Below are positions 9,337 through 17,606 of a DNA stretch of 64,000 nucleotides, one piece after another. Source of the stretch: Clostridia bacterium (GTDB lineage: Bacteria; Bacillota; Clostridia; Oscillospirales; CAG-272); contig JAFVUF010000018.1 in assembly GCA_017502875.1 (NCBI GenBank), positions 691-64,690 of the forward strand, written 5' to 3'. Both the position numbers and the translations under genes were made by a program. Each line of letters starts with the position of its first letter. The first letter of the stretch is position 1. Below the pieces are notes generated by a model. It was not told where the DNA came from, ran no database searches, and saw nothing but the letters and a program-made list of their open reading frames with translations.

Positions 9337-11067
9337 ATGAAAAAGCTTTTGATAGGTAACGAGGCAGTTGCCAGAGGACTCTATGAGGGCGGTCTGCACG
9401 TGGTTTCCAGCTATCCCGGAACCCCTTCGACCGAAATAACGGAGTTTCTCTCTAAATATGATGATATACACTCCGAATGGGCGCCTAATGAAAAGGTAGC
9501 TATGGAGGTAGCGTTCGGCGCGTCGCTTGGTGGCGCGCGTACCGCATGCGCTATGAAGCACGTAGGACTCAATGTTGCGGCTGACCCGCTGTTTACACTC
9601 TCATATACAGGCGTTACGGGCGGAATGGTTATTTGCGTCGCTGATGACCCCGCAATGCATTCCTCGCAGAACGAACAGGATTCACGCCACTATGCCATAG
9701 CCGCAAAGGTTCCGATGCTTGAGCCCTCTGATTCAGGAGAATGTTACGCGTTTTCCAAAGCGGCTTTTGAGCTTTCCGAAAAATACGATACTCCCGTGAT
9801 TCTTCGTGTAACCACCAGAATAGCGCACTCCCAGAGCATAGTTGACGTTGGCGAACGTGAGAATGTTGACGTTAAGGAGTATGTAAAAAATCCTCAGAAA
9901 TACATAATGATGCCCGCAATGGCTAAAAAGCGCCACCCCGTAGTCGAGGAAAGAACCAAGTCGATAGCTGAATATGCCGAAGACTGTCCGTTTAACAAGG
10001 TGGAAATGGGCGGAACGGATATAGGTATCGTAACGGCGGGTGATTGCTATCAGTACGTTAAGGAGGCGCTCGGCGACACCGTGAGCGTTCTTAAGCTAGG
10101 TATCGTAAACCCACTTCCGACTAAGCTTATACAGCAGTTTGCTTCTAAGGTTAAGAGACTTATTGTTGTAGAGGAGCTTGACGGAATAATAGAAACTCAT
10201 ATCAGAAATCTCGGAATTGCCGTTGAAGGTAAGAGTCTTTTCAGTCCTATCGGTGAATATAATCAGGCAACCGTAAAGCAGGTCATTCTGGGCGAAACGG
10301 CGAAGACTGTCGCTTGCTCGGCAGAGGTTCCGGTCCGTCCTCCTATGATGTGCGCGGGCTGTCCTCACAGAGGAATGTTCTATGCTCTTTCAAAGAACAA
10401 AGTAACGGTTTTGGGTGATATCGGCTGCTACACGCTTGGCGCTCAGATGCCTCTTAACGCGCTTGATTCCACACTCTGTATGGGAGCGTCCGTGTCCGGA
10501 CTTCACGGCTTTAATCTCGCAAATGGCGGCAAAAATAAAACCGCTTGCGTTATAGGTGATTCCACGTTTATGCATTCCGGTGTTACGGGTCTTATCAACG
10601 TAGCCTACAATGCCACTAACTCCACGGTTATAATTCTTGATAACTCTATTACAGGTATGACCGGACATCAGCAAAATCCCACTACGGGTTACAACATAAA
10701 GGGTGATCCCGCGGCTAAGGTAGACCTTGAGTCGCTCTGCCGCGCCGTAGGTATAAACAGAGTAAGAGTGGTCGATCCGTATAATATAGCCGAGTGCGAC
10801 CAGGCTATCAAGGAGGAGACCGCGGCAAGCGAGCCCTCGGTCATCATATCCAGACGTCCTTGCGTTCTTCTTAAAAGCGTTAAGGCTAAGTCGCCCGTTA
10901 AGGTTGATCCGGATAAGTGCAGAGGCTGCAGAAAATGTATGACTCTCGGCTGTCCCGCCATATCCTTTAAAAATAAAAAAGCGGTTATCGATCACACACT
11001 TTGTGTTGGCTGCGACGTATGCAAGCAGCTATGCGCTTTTGACGCGATAGAAAGCGAGGTGCGCTGA
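9337..11067 (+). CDS. iorA: Indolepyruvate:ferredoxin oxidoreductase alpha subunit
   Basis: TPP-dependent 2-oxoacid:ferredoxin oxidoreductase fold. C-terminal 2x[4Fe-4S] motifs (CRGCRKCMTLGCP, CVGCDVCKQLC). Followed by iorB. Confidence 0.88.
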   Translation: MKKLLIGNEAVARGLYEGGLHVVSSYPGTPSTEITEFLSKYDDIHSEWAPNEKVAMEVAFGASLGGARTACAMKHVGLNVAADPLFTLSYTGVTGGMVICVADDPAMHSSQNEQDSRHYAIAAKVPMLEPSDSGECYAFSKAAFELSEKYDTPVILRVTTRIAHSQSIVDVGERENVDVKEYVKNPQKYIMMPAMAKKRHPVVEERTKSIAEYAEDCPFNKVEMGGTDIGIVTAGDCYQYVKEALGDTVSVLKLGIVNPLPTKLIQQFASKVKRLIVVEELDGIIETHIRNLGIAVEGKSLFSPIGEYNQATVKQVILGETAKTVACSAEVPVRPPMMCAGCPHRGMFYALSKNKVTVLGDIGCYTLGAQMPLNALDSTLCMGASVSGLHGFNLANGGKNKTACVIGDSTFMHSGVTGLINVAYNATNSTVIILDNSITGMTGHQQNPTTGYNIKGDPAAKVDLESLCRAVGINRVRVVDPYNIAECDQAIKEETAASEPSVIISRRPCVLLKSVKAKSPVKVDPDKCRGCRKCMTLGCPAISFKNKKAVIDHTLCVGCDVCKQLCAFDAIESEVR

Positions 11068-11068
11068 A

Positions 11069-11641
11069 ATGAAAACAACAAGTCTTATGATAGTAGGAGT
11101 CGGCGGACAGGGAACTCTGCTGGCAAGTAAGCTTCTTGGAAAGCTGCTTGTAAGTCAGGGGTATGACGTTAAGGTATCCGAGGTGCACGGAATGAGCCAA
11201 AGAGGCGGTTCTGTTGTTACTTACGTAAAGTACGGAGACAAGGTGTATTCGCCCGTTATAACCGAGGGAGAGGCTGACTATATTGTTTCTTTTGAAAAAA
11301 TCGAGGCGGCAAGATACGTATCGTGCCTTAAAGAAGGCGGAAGAATAGTTGTAAATACCCAGGAAATAGACCCTATGCCTGTGATTATAGGCAATACCGT
11401 TTATCCGACTGACGTTTTGGACACTATAAAGGCTGCCGGTGTGAATATAGACGCGTTTGACGCGCTGACGCTTGCGGAGCAGGCGGGAAGCTCAAAGGCT
11501 GTAAATATCGTTCTTATGGGCAGACTAGCAAAATATCTCGATATATCCAAAGAGGATTGGCTCAGGGCTATTGAAAGCACCGTGCCGGAAAGATTTAAGG
11601 AGCTTAATCTTAAAGCATTTGAGCTTGGATACAGTATTTAG
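11069..11641 (+). CDS. iorB: Indolepyruvate:ferredoxin oxidoreductase beta subunit
   Basis: GVGGQGTLLASK gamma-type domain, 190 aa. Start lies 1 nt after the iorA stop. Confidence 0.85.
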   Translation: MKTTSLMIVGVGGQGTLLASKLLGKLLVSQGYDVKVSEVHGMSQRGGSVVTYVKYGDKVYSPVITEGEADYIVSFEKIEAARYVSCLKEGGRIVVNTQEIDPMPVIIGNTVYPTDVLDTIKAAGVNIDAFDALTLAEQAGSSKAVNIVLMGRLAKYLDISKEDWLRAIESTVPERFKELNLKAFELGYSI

Positions 11642-11653
11642 GGGGGCAATATT

Positions 11654-12079
11654 ATGACTATTAAGCAGATTTCGGTTTTTATTGAAAACAAGCCGGGAGT
11701 AATGGTTACGGTTACCGAGGCTCTTGGAAAGGCAGGCATCGACATCCGAGCGCTTTCACTTGCAGATACGCAGGATTTCGGTATACTCAGAATGATCGCC
11801 ACCGACACCGCGAAGGCTAAGGCGGTGCTTAATGAAGTCGGCTGCGTAACCTCTGTTACAGATGTTATAGCCGCGGCGGTTCCCGATAAGCCGGGCGCAA
11901 TGACGGAAATTCTGAACAAGATATCGGAAACCGGACTCAATATAGAATATATCTATGCGTTTGTATCTCCCAAGAACAAGAAGGCCTATATCGTGCTTCG
12001 TATCAAGGATATAGATTCCGCGCTTATTGCTCTTAAAGATAAAGGCATTGAGCTTGCCGAGGATCCCTCGATAATCTGA
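11654..12079 (+). CDS. ACT domain-containing protein
   Basis: Two ACT-like beta-alpha-beta-beta-alpha-beta halves (ISVFIENKPG..., AAAVPDKPGAM...). A typical companion of paaK/ior operons. Confidence 0.75.
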   Translation: MTIKQISVFIENKPGVMVTVTEALGKAGIDIRALSLADTQDFGILRMIATDTAKAKAVLNEVGCVTSVTDVIAAAVPDKPGAMTEILNKISETGLNIEYIYAFVSPKNKKAYIVLRIKDIDSALIALKDKGIELAEDPSII

Positions 12080-12096
12080 TTTGCGTTCAAGTCCTA

Positions 12097-12135
12097 AACA
12101 CCCACGCGCTCTGCCGAGCGTGTGGGTGTTTTTTA
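12097..12135 (+). terminator. Rho-independent terminator
   Basis: acacccacgcgct...agcgtgtgggtgt stem followed by TTTTTT. Confidence 0.85.
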
Positions 12136-12298
12136 AAAAGTTTACAAATATTTTGCAATTCTAAGTTTTTTATAAAAAATTTACTTTTCCAGCCAAAAAA
12201 ATTTGACTTAACTATTGTATTTATAAAAAAAGTATGTTATAATAGGGCATATTATAAAAAACAATGTGCGTTTTAAGCACACTTTAAGGAGGGTACAT

Positions 12299-15200
12299 AT
12301 GCTCAATCTTAAAAGAGGTAAGAGAGTTTTCTCCGTAATACTGGTCGCTGTAATGCTTTTTGCGGCTGTATTTGCGGCGATAGGCTTTTCTTCTGCCGAA
12401 AAGAGCAATGGTGAAATGCTTATCGGTACTTCCGGGGTAGGAAATATCAAGCTTTCAGCCACAGAATCCGTGGAGACTACCGTTGAATATGTGGGTGAGG
12501 ATATATTTGATAGCCTGACGGTTAAACAAAAGCCGATTATCACTAAGGACAGTGAAGGTTCAGGTTCTATTCTTGTAACCGGTAAGGTTAACGGTGAGTA
12601 CGCTAATGTAATTGACGGTAACATTGGCGTACAAATAGGTGATGATCCTTCTAAGTCTCATATCACGGGACTTCCTGTAAAGTCGGACGGAACCTTTGAT
12701 CTTGAGATAGTTCTCAATGCTATGTTCTGCAGTGAGTACGGCAACAAAATTCCCGTTGTAATAACCTATTCAAAGGTGGAGAATTCTGAGACTGTTCTGT
12801 ACGACGATATAGAGTTTGTGCTCGGCGTTATTACCTACGACTTTGCAACCGGCGCGCTTCGCTATCCCGCGGGCGCTGAGTACGTGAGCGAGACCGGGGT
12901 TAAGCCGCTTAGCACCCTCTACGTTCCCGCTGACGCTAAGGACGTTGACGGAAAGGTTACCGTTATGTATAACGGATTCCAGGTTTCCTTCGAGCGTAAT
13001 CCTAAGGCGGTAGCCGAGGCTCCGAGTGGAAATATCGGTTCAGTTGCCGATGTTTCCGATGATTCGGTAACTCTTAATACCGTTATTGGTCTTGAGTACG
13101 GTTACGTAGAAGTCGACGAATCAATAGGTGCGGGATACGGAAGCAGTATCACGTGGATTAAGGCTGATAGCAATACTATGGTTATCACTCTCCCGAAGTT
13201 TGGCACGACTTATACATATTGGGTACGTACTCCCGGTGCTGACGGCGGCGAGATTCTCCCCAGCGCTCCTGTTCTTCTCGCAAAGATGGATACGCTCACT
13301 GAGGATGATTCCGATGCTAAGAACGAATTCCTTGAAAAATATGAAGAAATAGTAACAGTACCCGGCAAAAAGCTTTATTCCTCAGCAGATCCTGCTGTAA
13401 CAGCATCTAAAACGGAAATTAGTCAGCTTCTTGCTCTTTACAACGGACTCAGTGACGATGTAAAAGCGCTCAATGTTATCGATGAAAAGGGCAGATACCT
13501 TCTCCTTTCTAAATATCTTACAGAGCATCAGGATATTATCGCTGCCGCTAAGACGGCTGATAAGTTCGATGAGCTCCGCGCCAACTTCACTTATACAGAT
13601 ATGAATTTGGCATACGGCGACTTTGCCGATATCGCGATTGAGCTTATGGAGACTCACTTTGCTGATGAGGTTGACGGAGCGTTCATTTTTGAGCTTAGCT
13701 TGACCGTTCAGAAAATTTATGTTCTCCTTGATGTTGATGAAAACGATGCCGCCAAGGATTTGAAGTATGAGGCAGTTGACTACATATACGATACGGCGGT
13801 TTCCAAGACGAATGGATACGCATACGATAATATCATTTCCAAATTCTTGGACATTTCCAAGAATCCTAAGGAAGAGTTGTATGTTGGTAAGGCGATTATA
13901 GGCTTTGATTGGGCTAAGAGTGAGCCAGAGCTTATGCTCTTCATAAAGAAGCATGACGCTGTTCTGAGCGCAGACGAGATTACCGATATAAAAGCTGTCG
14001 AAGCTGTTCTTGATGACTTGATTAAGACAAATATCAACACCACCGATGGATTTGATTTGGCAACCACTCTCTACGTGTCGCTTAACGATGCGCTTTACGA
14101 TCTCTATGAGGAGAGCCTTGAGAAGCTTTTGTCCAAGTATGACGAAGATGTAGCGTACATGATCATATACAATGTGGATAATGTTAGCGTAGATGAGGAT
14201 TACTATCCCGAAAGCAAGATGTTCTACGATACAGTGGTTCGCTACGCTAAGCTTTACGATGAGTACGCTTCGGCAATAAACGGGCTTGAGGGACTCAAGA
14301 ACGGACGTTCTGAGCAGGTAGCCGATATTCTTGACGGTCATATTTACGTAATTGAAGGAATATTCGGAAACTTCAATATTGCTGCTCTTTACGAGTCTGA
14401 AACTCCTGATGTATACCTTGCAAATGACATTGACGCTATCAAGCTTGAGGTAACCAAGGCGAATAATTATCTTAGCTTCATAGACAAGAAGGCTGCGGCT
14501 AAGGCTGAAATTGAGGCTCTCAAGGATAATAACAAGGCTGTTATTGACGCGGCAAACAAGTATCATCCCGAAATAGACGTAATCGAGTTCGATTATGATA
14601 ACACTGATGCTCTTAACGCAAACATCGACGCGGTTCTGGCGGCTGCTAAAGCGGAGATCGGATTTGAAAAGAAGCGCGCAGAGGCAGTAAACACTCTTGC
14701 TTCCGACGTAGCTGCTAAGAAGACAAGCGGAAGGTACTCTGCTTCTCAGATAGCGCAGCTTGATTCCTATCTTGCCGAGGCGGTAGTGCTTGTAAATAAC
14801 CTTGATTATGCCGCAGAAAAGACAGTAGCGGATATTGAGGCGCAGCAGGCTGCTTCTCTCGCAAAGTTTGCAACCGTTAACGTTATCACTGTTTCCGTCG
14901 GAAACGTTCCTTATGTAGGTGATCTTTCCGAGGTAGATTATCCCGCTGATTATAACCTTGATAACGGCTTATTTGCTAATGTAACCAATATGAACGGCTT
15001 TTCCAGCGCGCTTACTCTTAACGTTAAGATGGTTGCTTCCGACGAAAAGCTTAAAGTAAATAAGGTTTCCGTTGCTACCGGCGAGTTCACCGAGGAGCAG
15101 GCGATAGCTGCTGTGGATAATAAGGACATTCTTCTTAAGCTTGATATCACAATGGGTGATGTAAGCGCAGACAATGGACTTTATACTGTAAAGGTTCTTC

Positions 15201-15454
15201 TTCCCGCTGATGTAAGAGACGAAGAGGGTATTTACGTAGTATCTCAGTCCGGAGATACTACTTACGTATATGAGACCACCCGTGAGGGCGACTTCATCGT
15301 ATTCAAGACTGCAAGCTTCACTGAGTTTGTTGTAGTTGGCGACAATAACGCCAACCTCGTCTGGCTCGCAGTTCTTCTCACGGTACTGCTTGTCGCTGAG
15401 ATTGCGGCAATAGTATTCTTCATCGTAAAGAAGAAGGGCGCAAAAAAGAATTAA
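12299..15454 (+). CDS. Large (1051 aa) acidic surface protein with an N-terminal signal/anchor and a C-terminal TM helix; function unknown
   Basis: AAGGAGG lies 7 nt before ATG 12299, so the ORF-track start 12266 is probably an upstream extension. N-terminal hydrophobic segment VFSVILVAVMLFAAVFAAIGF. Long Ala/Asp/Glu/Lys-rich helical middle. C-terminal Ig-like segment, then LVWLAVLLTVLLVAEIAAIVFFIV-KKKGAKKN. No LPXTG. Confidence 0.8.
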   Translation: MLNLKRGKRVFSVILVAVMLFAAVFAAIGFSSAEKSNGEMLIGTSGVGNIKLSATESVETTVEYVGEDIFDSLTVKQKPIITKDSEGSGSILVTGKVNGEYANVIDGNIGVQIGDDPSKSHITGLPVKSDGTFDLEIVLNAMFCSEYGNKIPVVITYSKVENSETVLYDDIEFVLGVITYDFATGALRYPAGAEYVSETGVKPLSTLYVPADAKDVDGKVTVMYNGFQVSFERNPKAVAEAPSGNIGSVADVSDDSVTLNTVIGLEYGYVEVDESIGAGYGSSITWIKADSNTMVITLPKFGTTYTYWVRTPGADGGEILPSAPVLLAKMDTLTEDDSDAKNEFLEKYEEIVTVPGKKLYSSADPAVTASKTEISQLLALYNGLSDDVKALNVIDEKGRYLLLSKYLTEHQDIIAAAKTADKFDELRANFTYTDMNLAYGDFADIAIELMETHFADEVDGAFIFELSLTVQKIYVLLDVDENDAAKDLKYEAVDYIYDTAVSKTNGYAYDNIISKFLDISKNPKEELYVGKAIIGFDWAKSEPELMLFIKKHDAVLSADEITDIKAVEAVLDDLIKTNINTTDGFDLATTLYVSLNDALYDLYEESLEKLLSKYDEDVAYMIIYNVDNVSVDEDYYPESKMFYDTVVRYAKLYDEYASAINGLEGLKNGRSEQVADILDGHIYVIEGIFGNFNIAALYESETPDVYLANDIDAIKLEVTKANNYLSFIDKKAAAKAEIEALKDNNKAVIDAANKYHPEIDVIEFDYDNTDALNANIDAVLAAAKAEIGFEKKRAEAVNTLASDVAAKKTSGRYSASQIAQLDSYLAEAVVLVNNLDYAAEKTVADIEAQQAASLAKFATVNVITVSVGNVPYVGDLSEVDYPADYNLDNGLFANVTNMNGFSSALTLNVKMVASDEKLKVNKVSVATGEFTEEQAIAAVDNKDILLKLDITMGDVSADNGLYTVKVLLPADVRDEEGIYVVSQSGDTTYVYETTREGDFIVFKTASFTEFVVVGDNNANLVWLAVLLTVLLVAEIAAIVFFIVKKKGAKKN

Positions 15455-15474
15455 TTGAATAATTTCGATTATAA

Positions 15475-15514
15475 CACAAAGCCTGCCACGGAAACGTGGC
15501 AGGCTTTGTGCTTT
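15475..15514. terminator. Bidirectional terminator (convergent surface-protein gene and rsmH)
   Basis: Perfect 16-bp stem cacaaagcctgccacg / cgtggcaggctttgtg with a GAAA loop. Confidence 0.85.
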
Positions 15515-15553
15515 AAAGTATAAAAAATGGCAGAGAAATGGGAAACTGGATTT

Positions 15554-16501
15554 TTATATCTTTTCCGCAAGTCTTAGCTTTGCGCTTTTTGAACGTGAGT
15601 TTATCTTGAGCTCCTCGTCGCTCGGTAAAATCACCTTGGAAATAAGCTCAAGCTGAGGCTTTTTGCCGCATACACAGATGGGAAGCTTCGGAGGGCAGGT
15701 ACAACCCTTTGCAAGCTTGGCGAAGGTTTGCTTTACAATTCTGTCCTCAAGTGAATGGAAGGTGATAACCGAAAGTCTGCCGCCGGGATTAAGCAGGGAC
15801 GTCAAAGCCGTAAGAGTAGGCTCGATAACGGCAAGCTCGCCGTTGACTTCAATTCGTATGGCCTGGAAGGTACGTTTTGCGGGGTGCCCTCCGTCCTTTG
15901 CCGCCATTGCGCCTATCGCTTTTTTTACTATTTCGCTAAGCTGTCCTGTCGTTTTAATAGGTTCGTTTTCTCTTGCGTTAATAATGTACGAAGCTATTTT
16001 GGGCGCGAATCGCTCCTCGCCGTAGTCCCTGAGAATACGTATAAGCCCCTCCTTGCTATACGTATTTACGACGTCATAAGCGCTTTTGGGGTCGTTTTGA
16101 TTCATTCTCATATCGAGTGGAGCGTCCTTGATATACGAGAAGCCTCTTTCGGCATTGTCAAGCTGGTAGGACGAAACTCCGAGGTCGATTATAGCGCCGT
16201 CGATACCTATTCCGTCAAGCGCATCGCCTACTTCGCCAAAGTTTCTGTTGATAAACGTTATTCTGTCAGCATAAGGCGAAAGTCTTTTCTTTGCCGCCTC
16301 GATAGCCTCAGGGTCTCTGTCAAAGCAAAAAAGCCGCCCCTGAGCATTGAGCCTCGACGCTATTTCAAAGCTGTGTCCGCCGCCACCGGTGGTGCAGTCA
16401 ACGTATTTACCGTCAGGCTTTACATTAAGTCCGTCAACCGCCTCGTAAAGCATAACGGGAACGTGAGAAAATTCAAATTTTTCTTCGTGTTTTTTATCCA
16501 T
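15554..16501 (-). CDS. rsmH: 16S rRNA (cytosine1402-N4)-methyltransferase
   Basis: HVPVML..., GGGGHS, DLGVSSYQLD motifs. I prefer the internal start MDKKHEEKF at 16501 over ORF-track 16537. Confidence 0.92.
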   Translation of the reverse strand: MDKKHEEKFEFSHVPVMLYEAVDGLNVKPDGKYVDCTTGGGGHSFEIASRLNAQGRLFCFDRDPEAIEAAKKRLSPYADRITFINRNFGEVGDALDGIGIDGAIIDLGVSSYQLDNAERGFSYIKDAPLDMRMNQNDPKSAYDVVNTYSKEGLIRILRDYGEERFAPKIASYIINARENEPIKTTGQLSEIVKKAIGAMAAKDGGHPAKRTFQAIRIEVNGELAVIEPTLTALTSLLNPGGRLSVITFHSLEDRIVKQTFAKLAKGCTCPPKLPICVCGKKPQLELISKVILPSDEELKINSRSKSAKLRLAEKI

Positions 16502-16546
16502 AAAGCAGTGTTTCCCTATAAAAACTTTAATAAACAATAAATGATA

Positions 16547-17014
16547 TTATTTTGCTTTAAGAGCTTTTGCTACGCAGGCAGGCACAAATGCGCTTACGTC
16601 CTTTCCGCCCGCATTAAAGGCGCGGACCATAGAGGAGCTTATCGCCTCGGTTTCAGATGAAGCGGGCAGAAGCAGAGTTTCGGTTTCGGGCGCGAAAAGC
16701 TTGTTTGCCTTAGCCATATCAAGCTCGTACTCGTAATCCTTTATGTTTCTTACGCCTTTGACAATAACGCCAATGCCGTTATCCTGACAGTAGGTAGCGA
16801 CCAGCCCTGAGCAAAGCTCAGCGTGAGCGTTTTTGATATCCTTTATTGAATTTTTGATAAGCTCAAGCCTTTCCGTTTCGGAAAACATATATTTTTTTGC
16901 GCTGTTGACGAAAATACCGACGGTTACGTCATCGAAAAGCATAGCCGATCTTCTTATTAAGTCAACGTGTCCGTTGGTAATCGGGTCGAAGCTTCCGCAA
17001 ATCAGAGCCTTCAT
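16547..17014 (-). CDS. coaD: Phosphopantetheine adenylyltransferase
   Basis: GSFDPITNGH nucleotidyltransferase motif, 155 aa. Confidence 0.95.
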   Translation of the reverse strand: MKALICGSFDPITNGHVDLIRRSAMLFDDVTVGIFVNSAKKYMFSETERLELIKNSIKDIKNAHAELCSGLVATYCQDNGIGVIVKGVRNIKDYEYELDMAKANKLFAPETETLLLPASSETEAISSSMVRAFNAGGKDVSAFVPACVAKALKAK

Positions 17015-17027
17015 AAAAAATTCTCCT

Positions 17028-17600
17028 TTAATTTAAAGTAATGTCCTGTTCGTTTGATACCTTTTTGTATACCGAAATATAGGTTTTGCCGTAGCGATTC
17101 TGCTTATAAAGCGCAAGCGACTCGTTTTCGTAGGTCTTATCGTCGTCGCTTTCGCAGATTACTATCGCTCCGTCGCTCAGTAGGTGCGCTTGGCAGATTC
17201 TGTCAAGCACGTCGCCCGTGAGCTTGGCGGCGTATGGGGCGTCGCAGAAAACAATATCAAATCTTTCCATGCCCGAAAGCTGCTTTATAGCGAGCTTGTA
17301 GTCGTTTACTATGACCTTGACATCGGGGAAAAGCTTTGTTTTAAGAGCATTTTTGCGGATTATCTCCGCAGCCTCCTTTGAAGCGTCAACGAGTACGGCG
17401 GACCTTGCGCCTCTGCTGAGAGCCTCGAGCGCCATCTGACCGCTTCCCGCAAACAAATCAAGCACACGTCTGCCCTCAATATCAAACTGAATCATACTGA
17501 AAACGGCCTCCTTGACCTTTTCAGTTGTAGGTCTTGTGGCAAGCCCCTCAAGCGTATCAAGCTTAACGCCCCTTGCCTTTCCTGTAATAATTCTCATCAT
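17028..17600 (-). CDS. rsmD: 16S rRNA (guanine966-N2)-methyltransferase
   Basis: MRIITGKARG...RPTTEKVKEAVF...DLFAGSG...DAPY motifs. Confidence 0.9.
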   Translation of the reverse strand: MMRIITGKARGVKLDTLEGLATRPTTEKVKEAVFSMIQFDIEGRRVLDLFAGSGQMALEALSRGARSAVLVDASKEAAEIIRKNALKTKLFPDVKVIVNDYKLAIKQLSGMERFDIVFCDAPYAAKLTGDVLDRICQAHLLSDGAIVICESDDDKTYENESLALYKQNRYGKTYISVYKKVSNEQDITLN

Positions 17601-17606
17601 AACTAA

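Noticed and set aside
13382-14566. 394-aa antisense ORF inside the large surface-protein gene, and similar long antisense ORFs elsewhere: 44756-45742 in mfd, 15755-16540 in rsmH, 48196-48972 in nusA, 53068-53769, 46641-47330, 61718-62380, 6023-6691, 10390-10995, 21790-22464 and 36598-37239.
   Set aside because: Each lies fully inside a gene with strong family signatures on the opposite strand. Their products are low-complexity or Ile/Leu/Arg/Ser-rich with no motifs or RBS. Long antisense frames are expected from the codon bias of the sense genes.
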